NCBI GenBank assembly: GCA_963663275.1
Contig: OY760183.1
Span: 3,467,183-3,531,182 of the forward strand
Length of the DNA stretch: 64,000 nucleotides
Direction of reading: 5' to 3'
Source: Chloroflexota bacterium
GTDB taxonomy: Bacteria; Chloroflexota; UBA11872; VXOZ01
Below, one piece after another: positions 1-11,429 of this stretch. The notes under the pieces are model-generated. The model worked only from the letters and a program-made list of their open reading frames with translations, made no database searches and was not told the origin of the DNA. Positions within the stretch are counted from its first letter, which is position 1. Each line of letters opens with the position of its first letter. Both the position numbers and the translations under genes were made by a program.

Positions 1-1274
<1,274 letters not shown>

Positions 1275-1308
1275 GGGGCTAGATGGTATCACCTGCGCGG
1301 CGTTCGCC

Positions 1309-1656
1309 CTATCCCTGCGCTCGCGGCAGCGGGCGCCCCGGCAGGCGCGCCCAGACCTCGTCGCCGCGCACGAACGTCTCGAACGCCGTCGCGTCGTACG
1401 TGTAGCGGTCGAGGCACTCGCCGGTGACGATGTCGAAGATGGCCGAGTGCAGCGGGCAGATGACCTGCCCCGGCTCGACCGTGCCCCAGGAGAGCATCGC
1501 GCCCTGGTGCGGGCAGAAGTTCTCCAGCGTGCCGGTGCGCTCCCCGTCCCAGAAGACGGCTATCTCCCACCTGCTGTACCGGGGGTGCTCGATCTCGATG
1601 GCGAGCACGCCCTTCTCCTGCACCTCGCCCAGCGGGCAGAGGTAATACTCGTTCAC
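1309..1656 (-). CDS. Rieske [2Fe-2S] ferredoxin
   Basis: CPHQG...CPLHSAIFD Rieske motifs; the GTG start overlaps the upstream TGA (GTGA). Confidence 0.85.
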   Translation of the reverse strand: MNEYYLCPLGEVQEKGVLAIEIEHPRYSRWEIAVFWDGERTGTLENFCPHQGAMLSWGTVEPGQVICPLHSAIFDIVTGECLDRYTYDATAFETFVRGDEVWARLPGRPLPRAQG

Positions 1657-2069
1657 TGGATCTCCAGGAGGGGCTGACCGGCCTCGACGGCCTGGTCCTT
1701 CTTGATCTTCACGCCCTTCACGACGCCGCTGCGCGCCATGCGCACGCTCTGCTCCATCTTCATCGACTCCAGCAGGCAGATCTCGTCGCCCGCCTCCAGT
1801 TCCTGCCCCTTCGTGACCGTGACGGAGACGATCTTGCCCGGCAGCGGACAGCGGATGACGCGCTCGTCGCCCTGCGTGATGCCGCGCAGACCGGGCAACT
1901 CCGCCTTGCGGGGCGTCGAGCGCCGCACCGGAACGCCGGCGTCTCCCGGGTTCCCGACCTCGACCGTGTAGCTCTCGCCGTCCACGACGACCTCGACCGG
2001 GTTCTGGAAGAGGTCGGCGATCTCGACGTCGTACCAATCGTCGTTGACTCGCACGCGCATCCGTTTCAC
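1653..2069 (-). CDS. Biotin carboxyl carrier protein
   Basis: PLPGKI...LESMKME biotinylation motif; coupled to the biotin carboxylase stop. Start is GTG 2069 or ATG 2060. Confidence 0.9.
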   Translation of the reverse strand: MKRMRVRVNDDWYDVEIADLFQNPVEVVVDGESYTVEVGNPGDAGVPVRRSTPRKAELPGLRGITQGDERVIRCPLPGKIVSVTVTKGQELEAGDEICLLESMKMEQSVRMARSGVVKGVKIKKDQAVEAGQPLLEIQ

Positions 2070-3553
2070 TACAACACTCCGTTGCTGAGGCGGTTCACCA
2101 TGGCCATGCGCCGGCCGTGCATCCGCCACCTGCTGAACTGTATCTGCTGCGGGGACTCCTGTTCCAGCGCCATGGCGACCGCTATCGCGGCGGCGAGCGC
2201 GCTGTTGCGCGCCGGTTCGTTCAGCATCCGCTCCAGGAACGCGTTGTCGAACGCGCCGCTCCTGAAGTCCTTGTGCTCCAGCACGCGCCGGACGAGCGGG
2301 ATGTTCACGACCGGCCCCTCGACGACGTACTGGTCGAGCGCCGCCTGCATGCGGGCGATCGCCTCCTCCCGCGTCTCGCCGTGGACGATGAGCTTCGCCA
2401 TCATCGACTCGTAGTGCGGCGACACCTCGTAGCCCTGGTACAGCGCGCTGTCGACGCGCACGTGCGGCCCCTCCGGCTCGACGAGCACCGAGACCGTGCC
2501 CGCGGTCGGCAGCAGCATCACCGGGTCCTCCGGGTAGATGCGCGCCTCGATGGCCGCCCCGTGCCGGCGCACGTCGCTCTGCGAGAGCGGCAGACGCTCG
2601 CCTGCCGCGACCCGCAGCTGCAGCTCGACGAGGTCCAGCCCAGTGACCATCTCCGTGACGGGATGCTCCACCTGCAGCCGAGTGTTCATCTCCAGGAAGT
2701 AGAACCGCTCCTCCTTCGCGTCGTACAGGTACTCGATGGTGCCTGCGTTCGTGTAGCCGATGCTCTTCACGAGCCGGACCGCGGACTCGAGCAGTGCGCT
2801 CCGCACCTCAGGCGTCAGCTTCGCGCACGGCGTCTCCTCGACCACCTTCTGGTTGCGGCGCTGCACCGAGCAGTCGCGCTCGAACAGGTGCAGCGCCTTG
2901 CCGTGGTGGTCCGCGATGACCTGCACCTCGACGTGCGACGCGTTCTGGATGCGGCGCTCCATGTAGACGCGGCTGCTGCCGAAGGCGTTCAGCGCCTGCG
3001 ACCGGGCGCGCGTCACCGCCTCCTGCACCTCCGAGATGTCGTTCACGACGCGGATGCCCATGCCGCCGCCGCCGTCCGCCGCCTTGATCATCAGCGGGAA
3101 GCCGATGCCCCGGGCGATGGCCACGGCCTGCGCGTCGTCTATCTCGCCCTCCGCGCCCGGGCTGATGGGCACCCCGGCCTCCCGCGCGAGCCGCCGCGCC
3201 ATGATCTTGTCGCCCATCTGCGCGATGACCTTCGACGACGGCCCGATGAACGTGAGCCCTTCCTTCTCGACCGCCTCGACGAACGACGGGTTCTCGGAGA
3301 GGAAGCCGTAGCCGGGGTGGATGGCCTGCGCCTTGACCTTCCTGGCCGCCTTGATGATGTTCTCGCCGTTCAGGTACGACTCCGACGCGGGCGCCCCGCC
3401 GATCTGGACGGCGCGGTCGGCCATGCCGACGTGCTTCGCCTTCGCGTCGGCGGACGAGTACACCGCGACGGCCTCGATGCCGAGACGCTGGCAGGTGCGG
3501 ATGACGCGGCAGGCGATCTCGCCGCGATTGGCGATGAGCACGGTGTCGAACAT
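2069..3553 (-). CDS. accC: Biotin carboxylase subunit of acetyl/acyl-CoA carboxylase
   Basis: IANRGEIA, HPGYGFLSEN, ERDCSVQRRNQK and EMNTRLQVEHPVTE motifs. Confidence 0.93.
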   Translation of the reverse strand: MFDTVLIANRGEIACRVIRTCQRLGIEAVAVYSSADAKAKHVGMADRAVQIGGAPASESYLNGENIIKAARKVKAQAIHPGYGFLSENPSFVEAVEKEGLTFIGPSSKVIAQMGDKIMARRLAREAGVPISPGAEGEIDDAQAVAIARGIGFPLMIKAADGGGGMGIRVVNDISEVQEAVTRARSQALNAFGSSRVYMERRIQNASHVEVQVIADHHGKALHLFERDCSVQRRNQKVVEETPCAKLTPEVRSALLESAVRLVKSIGYTNAGTIEYLYDAKEERFYFLEMNTRLQVEHPVTEMVTGLDLVELQLRVAAGERLPLSQSDVRRHGAAIEARIYPEDPVMLLPTAGTVSVLVEPEGPHVRVDSALYQGYEVSPHYESMMAKLIVHGETREEAIARMQAALDQYVVEGPVVNIPLVRRVLEHKDFRSGAFDNAFLERMLNEPARNSALAAAIAVAMALEQESPQQIQFSRWRMHGRRMAMVNRLSNGVL

Positions 3554-3656
3554 GGGATATCAGTGTAACGGGCGCAGCCGCCCCCGGCCAACCACATCTG
3601 GCCAGGGTGTGCCATTAAGTGCCAAAGTGTGCCATTCCACTCCTGCACCCCGGCCC

Positions 3657-3890
3657 GTCGTTCCTGCGGAGGCAGGAACCTCGTATCCTTCCCGCCCCGC
3701 TCATCCTGAGCCTGTCGAAGGACCGTGGCCGACGGCCCTCCGCCGTCACCGACCAGCGTACGCGCCCCAGCCGCGACCGCGAAAGGGGCGCGTGTCACGA
3801 ATCCTCCCGCCATCCCCGCCCCTTCCGCCATCCCCGTCCCCTTCCGTCATTCCCGCACCCCTCCGTCATTCCCGCGCAGGCGGGAATCCA
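3657..3890. repeat. Cluster of REP-like palindromes plus a partial island-border element
   Basis: GTTCCT-N8-AGGAAC (3660-3679), CCTGAGCCTGTCGAAGG, GCGACCGCGAAAGGGGCGCGTGTCAC (3773-3798) and ATTCCC-N8-GGGAAT (3868-3887). Each recurs elsewhere in the window. Confidence 0.85.
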
Positions 3891-3913
3891 GAGGGGGCGG
3901 GTAGGGTGGTGGG

Positions 3914-4328
3914 CTACAAGCGCACGGGGATCGACGTTTCAAGCCGTTCAGCAAGAACCGCCGGGTTCTTCGTCTCACACTCCCAAACCGTGATGACCGT
4001 CCAGCCCAAGCCCTCCAACTCGCGGCGCTGGCGCTCGTCCCGTTTTCACGTTCTCTTGGAACTTGGCTTCCCAGAATTCACGATTAGTCTTCGGGGTGTA
4101 CGCGAATCGACAGCCAGGATGGCGGTGCCAGTAGCAGCCATGCACGAGGATAACCGTCCGCCTACTGGACATTACGATGTCTGGTCGGGCAGGTAGGTTC
4201 TTCTGGTGTAAACGATACCTGTAGCCCATGCAATGGAGTAGTGAACGCACCAGTCGCTCAGGAGTGGTATTGGAGCCTCTGATGCGCGACATATTCCAAC
4301 TTCGATGTTCAGCAGAGAGGCTGTCCAC
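3914..4328 (-). CDS. vsr: Very short patch repair endonuclease, with an apparent extra base at an A-run (~4045)
   Basis: RSWNMSRIRGSNTTPE, RPDIV, VHGCYWHRH. Removing one A restores ENVKRDERQRRELEGLGWTVITVWECE to the TAG at 3914. Confidence 0.9.
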
Positions 4329-4342
4329 TATGCCACCCTCTC

Positions 4343-5878
4343 TCACGACTCAAAGAGTTCGGCTACCCGCTCCGCAATCTGGCTTGACAGCAGAGGAGGT
4401 ACAGCGTTCCCTACCTGGCGATACTGCTCAGTGCGGTTGCCTTCAAAGAAGTAGTTGTCAGGGAATGTCTGCAATCGGGCCGCTTCCCTCACGGTGAGGC
4501 TTCTGCATTGCGCAGGATCGTAATGGATGTAGTAGTGTCCGTCTTTCTGGATGTGACTCACTACAGTACGAGATGGTGCGTTCTGAGGCACGACACTGAA
4601 CCGGTCAGCGAAATGAATACTCTTCAAGGCGTTGTAGATGTTCTGGTGATTCGGCATCAGGCCTGCGGGAAAATCACTGACCCGGAAAGGGCGCTCCGAA
4701 TTCTCCATGAAACACGATGCAAAGAGATAACGCCAGAGGTCATCGATGCGATGAGCCCTGGCTTCGTGATTCAAGGTTCCCGATAGACGTTCGTCTTCGA
4801 ACCAATCGGGTTCATAGTCGCATTGAGAAGGGACATCCAGGAACCGTAGCGAACCTCGATCGCTGGACGGGACGGTGAGATTCTCAAGCACTTCGATGAT
4901 TCTTTGCTGGAGAGGCTGTGGTATCTGTTGCCACCAGGAATGGTCGAGTATGCTCAGGATGGCCTCAACCCATGCTTCGGGGCTATCCTGAGTCGAAATC
5001 CCACTGCGTACGAAAGGCAGGCCGTCCAAGACCTCCATTGCGCTGACGGATTCACCTGCCCGTAAGAGTGGTTCGGGGTGCTTCTGAATATCATTACGGA
5101 CACCTATAATGATAACCCGGTGGCGCGCTTGAGGAACGCCGTAATGCTCTGCTTTGACAACAAAATCGTTGGGATTGATTGGTTCACATTCTCCATTGAC
5201 AGGCAACCTTCCAGCGGAAATAGGATACAGTTTGTACGTGTAGTTATGCGACATACAGATACCGTCTGGTGCTAGAGCTTGTGCTGGATCGGCCAAGTCA
5301 GCCAGCATGCGATAGAAGATGGACCGGTCACGATACGATGAACTGAGTAAGCCTTTGACATTCTCGAAAACGAAGACACTTGGCCAGTAGCTTCCAATGA
5401 TACCGAGGTACTCGCGATACAACTCGAAACGGACATCGGTATCGGGGTCGTAATGATCGAGCGATTGGTTTTTGACTCGACCAATCGTGGAGTACGCTTG
5501 GCAAGGCGGACCACCTACCAAGACCCAATCATTGCTGCCGCGGATTGCTCTTGCTAGAGAGGCTTTGATGCGAGTATGATCCTGCGTTTTGCTGCCAAGT
5601 TCGACCTGTAGGCACCGCCGAAATGCTTCAGCTGCTTCAATGGGGTATTGCTGACACAGTTCAGCCCGTGTGATTCGGCCTGCCAGGTACGCATAATACT
5701 CATCTGGCATTTCATCTTTGGAGAATTGGTGAAAGAAGCTGCGCAACCAGAGAGTCTTGATAGGCGCATTATCCTTTTCTATTGAGAGGCGTAATTCGAA
5801 CGGAGGCGAACTGAATCCTTCTCCTAATCCGCCGCACCCGGCGAAGACATCCACAACGGGTATGTGGCGAGTCATCAT
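4343..5878 (-). CDS. dcm: DNA (cytosine-5) methyltransferase
   Basis: FAGCGG, GGPPCQ, ENV, QARHR, RSLTVREAARLQTFP and GNAVPP motifs; lower GC than the flanks. Confidence 0.95.
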   Translation of the reverse strand: MMTRHIPVVDVFAGCGGLGEGFSSPPFELRLSIEKDNAPIKTLWLRSFFHQFSKDEMPDEYYAYLAGRITRAELCQQYPIEAAEAFRRCLQVELGSKTQDHTRIKASLARAIRGSNDWVLVGGPPCQAYSTIGRVKNQSLDHYDPDTDVRFELYREYLGIIGSYWPSVFVFENVKGLLSSSYRDRSIFYRMLADLADPAQALAPDGICMSHNYTYKLYPISAGRLPVNGECEPINPNDFVVKAEHYGVPQARHRVIIIGVRNDIQKHPEPLLRAGESVSAMEVLDGLPFVRSGISTQDSPEAWVEAILSILDHSWWQQIPQPLQQRIIEVLENLTVPSSDRGSLRFLDVPSQCDYEPDWFEDERLSGTLNHEARAHRIDDLWRYLFASCFMENSERPFRVSDFPAGLMPNHQNIYNALKSIHFADRFSVVPQNAPSRTVVSHIQKDGHYYIHYDPAQCRSLTVREAARLQTFPDNYFFEGNRTEQYRQVGNAVPPLLSSQIAERVAELFES

Positions 5879-6236
5879 CGGAACGCGTCGACTTCTTCAG
5901 GGAGTAGTCCAAGCAGGCGCTCTCGGGTGACCACGTACATATCCCAAGTGGGGTCTACTTGGTTCAGAACAGCGGCTAGCCAACGTGGGCTGTTAGGCTC
6001 CTGCCCTCTGGTGCACCGTACAAAGGGCGCTTGGGGTCCCGAGCCTGCGGTCAGCACAGGGCGGGTCGCCCCTGCACCCTGCGAGGATAGTGTCCGTGCG
6101 GTTGCCAATACAACGACCTCTACTATAATTTGCCTTGTAAGGCCTCGTGGACAGGTACGCCCTGACCACTCCGGCAGCTTCCTGATGTTATCCCCTCCGG
6201 CCAACACCGGCTAGGTTCGCCTGACGATGGAGATAG

Positions 6237-7715
6237 ATGCGCACCGTTGACCTTCCACCTCATCCTTCGCCGCTCATCGAGAGCATGAGCGACATCGGGT
6301 ATTCACTGAGCACAGCCCTTGCCGACCTTATCGACAACAGCATCACCGCGGGCGCAACGACCATCCATGTACTCGCCGATGACGGAGAGTCCCCGTTGAG
6401 AGTCGGACTGCTGGACGACGGAGCGGGGATGAGCGAGGCGGAACTCTTCGAGGCGATGCGACTGGCGAGTCGCAGTCCACGTGAAGAGCGGGTGCATTCC
6501 GACCTCGGTCGTTTCGGCTTGGGTCTGAAGACTGCTTCATTCTCGCAGTGCCGGATGCTGACCGTTGTTACCAGAACTGAGGGTATGACGGCGTGCGCTC
6601 GCTGGGACCTGGATCGTGTCGCAGTGTCTGGCGGGTGGCTCGTGGAAGTTCCCGATGACTTGGCATCCATCCCATGGACAGAACTGCTCGGGGACACCGG
6701 CACACTCGTCGTCTGGGAGAAACTCCACGCAGATTCGGGTACTGGGGCATCTGATCAGGACGTCGCTGACTTCGTACGTCAGCTGGACGAGGCTCGGTCC
6801 CATCTTGAGCTGGTCTTTCACCGCTTCCTCGAAGGCGGGCCGGGACACGCGAGGATCCGCATCTCGCTGAACCACCGGCCATTGGAGCCGTTCGACCCGT
6901 TCCATTCCAATCATCCCGCGACAATTGCCGGACCCGCGGAGCGGATAAGGGTGGCGCGTGAGTATGTGCTTGTGCAGCCATTCACCCTTCCACACCACGG
7001 GAAGGTCACCCCTGGGGAGTGGGAACACTACGCGGGGCCTGAGGGGTACGTCAAAAACCAGGGCTTCTACGTGTATCGGGAGAGACGGCTGATCATTCAT
7101 GGCACCTGGTTCGGGTTGGCACGACAGACCGAACTCACGAAACTCGCGCGCGTTCGCATCGATATGCCTAACTCGCTTGACGCTGCTTGGAAGATCGACG
7201 TCAAGAAAGCATCGGCGCAACTGCCTCCAGCAGTTCGAGAGCGCCTGAGGCGCATCATTGAGCCCATGGGAGCCGCCTCCAAGCGTGTGTACACGACCCG
7301 GGGACGGAGGCTCATCGAGGAGAACCGGATCCCTGTCTGGACCAGAGTTCAGAACAAGAACCAGATTCTCTACAGAATCAACGATGAGCACCCGATGATT
7401 GTGGGTCTTCTGTCACGACTGCCTGCGGAGGCGCGCGGTGACTTCCTGCGGATCATCGAGGTTGCTGGAGCATCCCTGCCATTGGACGCGCTCTTCGCTG
7501 ACCTCGGCGGCGGGACGGACGCGGTTGTCGGCAGTGCCACCTCCGAGGAGGCTTTGCGTTATGCTGCCCTCACAACGTTTGATCACCTCATGAAGACGGC
7601 GAAATCAAGAGCCGACGCGCTCACCATCATGCAGGCGGCGGAACCGTTCCGCTCGAACTGGCAGCGCACAGCGCAGATGCTCGACACAGCGAATGACGAG
7701 GAAACAAGAGAATGA
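6237..7715 (+). CDS. MORC/MutL-type GHKL ATPase (MzaB-like)
   Basis: GYSLSTALADLIDNSITA, DDGAGM and DLGRFGLGLKTASFSQ GHKL motifs. Confidence 0.9.
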   Translation: MRTVDLPPHPSPLIESMSDIGYSLSTALADLIDNSITAGATTIHVLADDGESPLRVGLLDDGAGMSEAELFEAMRLASRSPREERVHSDLGRFGLGLKTASFSQCRMLTVVTRTEGMTACARWDLDRVAVSGGWLVEVPDDLASIPWTELLGDTGTLVVWEKLHADSGTGASDQDVADFVRQLDEARSHLELVFHRFLEGGPGHARIRISLNHRPLEPFDPFHSNHPATIAGPAERIRVAREYVLVQPFTLPHHGKVTPGEWEHYAGPEGYVKNQGFYVYRERRLIIHGTWFGLARQTELTKLARVRIDMPNSLDAAWKIDVKKASAQLPPAVRERLRRIIEPMGAASKRVYTTRGRRLIEENRIPVWTRVQNKNQILYRINDEHPMIVGLLSRLPAEARGDFLRIIEVAGASLPLDALFADLGGGTDAVVGSATSEEALRYAALTTFDHLMKTAKSRADALTIMQAAEPFRSNWQRTAQMLDTANDEETRE

Positions 7716-10429
7716 CTGATCCCCTCACAAACCTTGAGAGCATGGTGGCTGCGGCTCTCGCCAATCAACGAGAGCCGACCGGAGAGGACATCCGTGAACT
7801 GATCGCCGGCCTCCGTCGATTGCCAATGTTCGAGAGCGTCACCGAGGAAGAGGCCGAGCTGCTCGCGAAGCGATTCGAGGAAAGGGTGAGTGTCACGCAG
7901 CACCTCGGTGCCGTTCTGACCGAACGCGACCACCAGCCTTGGCTGGCCGCCGCCCGAGCACGGATAGAACCGTATTACTGGGACCGCTACAGGCAGCACC
8001 TGATCCGGGAGGGATTTCCCAACGCCGGAATCACTACGTTGGATGAGGTCACTGACCGTGTTCTGGGGTTGATGCAGGATCCCCTGAGGGATGGGCCATG
8101 GGATCGGCGGGGGATGGTCGTCGGACACGTGCAGTCCGGCAAGACAGCCAACTATATAGGACTCATGTGTAAGGCAGCGGACGCTGGATACAAGCTGATC
8201 GTGATTATCGCGGGGATCCATAACAACCTCCGAAGCCAGACACAACGGCGAGTCGACGAGGGCTTCGTAGGTCGGGACAGCGCACGGTTGCTGAGCAAGC
8301 AGGCGGACATGTTTGTGGGGGTTGGTCGATTCGATCAGACGAGACGTCCGGTCACATTCACAAACACCAGCCGAGATTTCAACAAATCGACGGCGACCGG
8401 TGTCGGAATTCCTCTCCAGAATCTCACCGAACCCGCTGTTTTCGTCATCAAGAAGAATAGCAGCACCCTGAAGAACCTGATCGAATGGCTCAGGGAGCAC
8501 AGTTCCAGAGGAGGTTCTCAGAGCATCAACGAGCCGATGTTGTTGGTCGATGATGAAGCCGACAACGCCTCCATCAATATCGCGCATGGGGCCGGAGAGG
8601 TTTCAAGAATCAACGGTCAGATTCGGGAGTTGCTCCACATTTTTGATCGGAGTTGCTATGTCGGGTACACAGCCACTCCTTTCGCTAACATCTTCATCGA
8701 CCCGGACACGGATGACCAGATGCGCGGCGAGGACTTGTTCCCCCGGAGCTTCATCGTGAGCTTGGATCCCCCCTCGAACTACTTCGGAGCCACGACCGTC
8801 TTTCTCGATGACAGCGACCGGTACATCCGCCACATTGAGGACAACGAGGACGTCCTTCCCATCAAACACTCCAAGGAAATCGTCATCACTTCTCTCCCTC
8901 CTTCTTTGGCCGATGCCGTGAGGGCCTTCATCCTTGGTCGAGCCATCCGTCTGGCGAGGGGACATGAAGGACAGCACTGCTCAATGCTGGTGAATGCGTC
9001 GCGCTTCATGAACGTCCAGCGCCAGCTCCGAAACGAAATTCACGCTCTGCTGGACAGCATCCAACGCTCCATCCGAGTGAACGGCGCATTACCACCGGAT
9101 GCCGCACTCGCAGATGTGGAGCTCGGCGCACTCTACAAGGTCTGGAGGCGGGAGTTTCACAATACCGAGTTCGATTGGCCCGAAGTGCAAGAGAGACTTC
9201 ACGCAGCCGCTGCTCCAATCAGGGTGGTTGAGGTCAACAGCCAATCTCCAGGCACGCTGGACTACAGCGCCAATCGACAGGATGGACTCAACGTCATTGC
9301 AGTCGGTGGATTCTCCTTGTCCCGTGGGCTGACGCTCGAAGGACTGATGGTCAGCTACTTCATGCGTAACTCGATGATGTACGACACCCTGATGCAGATG
9401 GGGCGTTGGTTCGGCTACAGGCCCGACTACGAAGACCTCTGCCGTATCTGGATGCCTGAGGCGGCGCAGGGTTGGTACGAGCATGTTGCCGAGTCCATTG
9501 AGGAACTGCGGGGTGAGTTCAGGAGTATGGAGGCGTCCAATGCAACTCCCGAGGAATTCGGCCTCAAGGTCAGGAGCCATCCGGATACACTGATCGTTAC
9601 CGCACGCAACAAGATGGGAACCGGAGCCAGAGTTGTAGTGAGCATTGGTCTGGCGTTCAAGTTGATTGAGACGCACAGGCTTCGCAGGGATGACGAAAGC
9701 CTAGAGATCAACCGCGAGGCCGCACGGACGCTCTCCCAATCGCTCGGCGAAGCAGGATTCCCGATCGAAACCGCCGAGAAGGCGGAGTTTGGGTGGCTCC
9801 TGCGAGGAACTCCAGTGGGCCCCATCCTGAACTTCCTGACTCAATTCCGAAACCACGAGGGTTCACTGTTGACCAATGGCGACCCGGTGAGACGGTATAT
9901 AGAGGAACGCCGAGATGACGAGCTTGCAGAGTGGGACGTCCTTTTCGCAAGCGTGTGGACGGAAGCCAATACGGCGGATACTTCGTTAGGCAGAAGGATT
10001 TTACGTCAGCGAAGAACCGAAGGTGATAGGCGCGACGCCAAGACGCTGTTGATCGGCAGTCGACAGAGGGTGGCGACCAGAGGCATTGAGCGAACAGGGC
10101 TCACCGGTGAGCAACGGGCCCTTGCGGAGAAGGCGTATCGGGAGCAACGGGAGAGAGAGGGCAGGCCATCGGCGGTCGGACGGGTACAATACCCGGACTT
10201 GGTGTACAGAAAAATGAGGACGCGCCCCCTCCTCATGATTCATCTGATCGATATCGACACCGATGCCCATGGCGACCTGCTCTCTCAGCCCGTAGTTGCG
10301 TGGGGCATCAGTTTCCCCGCCACCCATAAAGAAGAGTCACGGGTAGCGTACGTGGTCAACACGACATGGCTCCGCGAGAACTTCCAAGAAGACGTGGACG
10401 AGGACGAGATGCAGGGAGACGATGGCTGA
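7712..10429 (+). CDS. Z1-domain protein with N-terminal SF2 helicase-like region (MzaC-like)
   Basis: GHVQSGKT, DDEADNAS, YVGYTATPFAN, HCSMLVN, LSRGLTLEGL and DTLMQMGRWFGYR motifs. Confidence 0.92.
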   Translation: MTDPLTNLESMVAAALANQREPTGEDIRELIAGLRRLPMFESVTEEEAELLAKRFEERVSVTQHLGAVLTERDHQPWLAAARARIEPYYWDRYRQHLIREGFPNAGITTLDEVTDRVLGLMQDPLRDGPWDRRGMVVGHVQSGKTANYIGLMCKAADAGYKLIVIIAGIHNNLRSQTQRRVDEGFVGRDSARLLSKQADMFVGVGRFDQTRRPVTFTNTSRDFNKSTATGVGIPLQNLTEPAVFVIKKNSSTLKNLIEWLREHSSRGGSQSINEPMLLVDDEADNASINIAHGAGEVSRINGQIRELLHIFDRSCYVGYTATPFANIFIDPDTDDQMRGEDLFPRSFIVSLDPPSNYFGATTVFLDDSDRYIRHIEDNEDVLPIKHSKEIVITSLPPSLADAVRAFILGRAIRLARGHEGQHCSMLVNASRFMNVQRQLRNEIHALLDSIQRSIRVNGALPPDAALADVELGALYKVWRREFHNTEFDWPEVQERLHAAAAPIRVVEVNSQSPGTLDYSANRQDGLNVIAVGGFSLSRGLTLEGLMVSYFMRNSMMYDTLMQMGRWFGYRPDYEDLCRIWMPEAAQGWYEHVAESIEELRGEFRSMEASNATPEEFGLKVRSHPDTLIVTARNKMGTGARVVVSIGLAFKLIETHRLRRDDESLEINREAARTLSQSLGEAGFPIETAEKAEFGWLLRGTPVGPILNFLTQFRNHEGSLLTNGDPVRRYIEERRDDELAEWDVLFASVWTEANTADTSLGRRILRQRRTEGDRRDAKTLLIGSRQRVATRGIERTGLTGEQRALAEKAYREQREREGRPSAVGRVQYPDLVYRKMRTRPLLMIHLIDIDTDAHGDLLSQPVVAWGISFPATHKEESRVAYVVNTTWLRENFQEDVDEDEMQGDDG

Positions 10430-11429
10430 GAACCCTTGGAGAGAAATCGAGCCTCCCAGCACCGCCAGTTCGGTCAAAGCCCGACGGGTCGATGCAGACC
10501 TGCCTTGGAATTTCTTCTGGGGCAAGGGGATGGACAACGCCGTCTTCCTCACGCTCAGCCACGATTCCGAGTCATCGCCGGTCATGCCTCTCCCCCGTCT
10601 GCAGGACATCGAGGTCACCCTTTCGCCTACCGATGAGACCGGCACGCGGATCCTGGCTCTGAAACTGCTGGACGCTGCGCAGCAGGACATATTCCTCACC
10701 CTTTGCCTGGACATCATTGCCAGTACCGCGCATGCAGAGTCCGAAACTGAAGCGGTGTCGCTGGCCCTGACGAGGACGTGGCGATGGCGGCATCTTCTCA
10801 GGGGTGGAAGGAGTCTCCTCCTAACCCCGGAGGAACAGAAAGGGTTGATTGGCGAACTCCTCGTTCTGGAGCGCCTTCTGCTTCCCCAGCTGGGAGCCGC
10901 CGCCGCTGTAGGGGCTTGGCACGGGCCTCTGGATGCGCCCAAGGATTTTGAGGTCGGTCGCGTGGCAATCGAAGCAAAGGCGCATCGTGGTGGAGCTACT
11001 CCTCTTGTCTCAATCACATCGGAGGATCAGTTGGACGAGAGTGGCGTTGACGCTCTCTTCCTCTACGTTGTCGAGCTCAACGAGGTGCCGCAGGAAGCAG
11101 ATGATGGCATGACGGTCACCGATATGGCTGAGCATGTGCGTGAGCGCATCTTCGCACTCGACCCCGGCGCTGCGGGTGCCCTTGAGTCGCTGTTGACTGC
11201 AGCAGGGCTCAGGATGGAGGACGATTACTCGGACTACCACTGGCTGGAGGGAGCCAGCCAGCTTTACCGTGTGGTGGATGGATTCCCCCGCATTGCGAGA
11301 GCCGAGTTGAGGTCGGGGGTCTCGCATGTTCGTTACTCAGTTTCGTTGCCCGAATGTGAGCCCTTCGTCACCACCGAGAGCGACCTGATAGAGATGCTCG
11401 CTCACCTAGGAGGACACAGTGCCGATTGA
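10422..11429 (+). CDS. PD-(D/E)XK motif protein, DUF4420-like (MzaD-like)
   Basis: EEQKGLIGEL, WHGP..APKDF...IEAK and ITSEDQLD; located between Z1 and AIPR. Confidence 0.88.
   Translation: MAENPWREIEPPSTASSVKARRVDADLPWNFFWGKGMDNAVFLTLSHDSESSPVMPLPRLQDIEVTLSPTDETGTRILALKLLDAAQQDIFLTLCLDIIASTAHAESETEAVSLALTRTWRWRHLLRGGRSLLLTPEEQKGLIGELLVLERLLLPQLGAAAAVGAWHGPLDAPKDFEVGRVAIEAKAHRGGATPLVSITSEDQLDESGVDALFLYVVELNEVPQEADDGMTVTDMAEHVRERIFALDPGAAGALESLLTAAGLRMEDDYSDYHWLEGASQLYRVVDGFPRIARAELRSGVSHVRYSVSLPECEPFVTTESDLIEMLAHLGGHSAD

Noticed and set aside
5875-6214. Short ORFs between dcm and the MORC ATPase as a possible controller or mzaA
   Set aside because: No HTH or sigma-like motif is visible; this is more likely the divergent promoter region.
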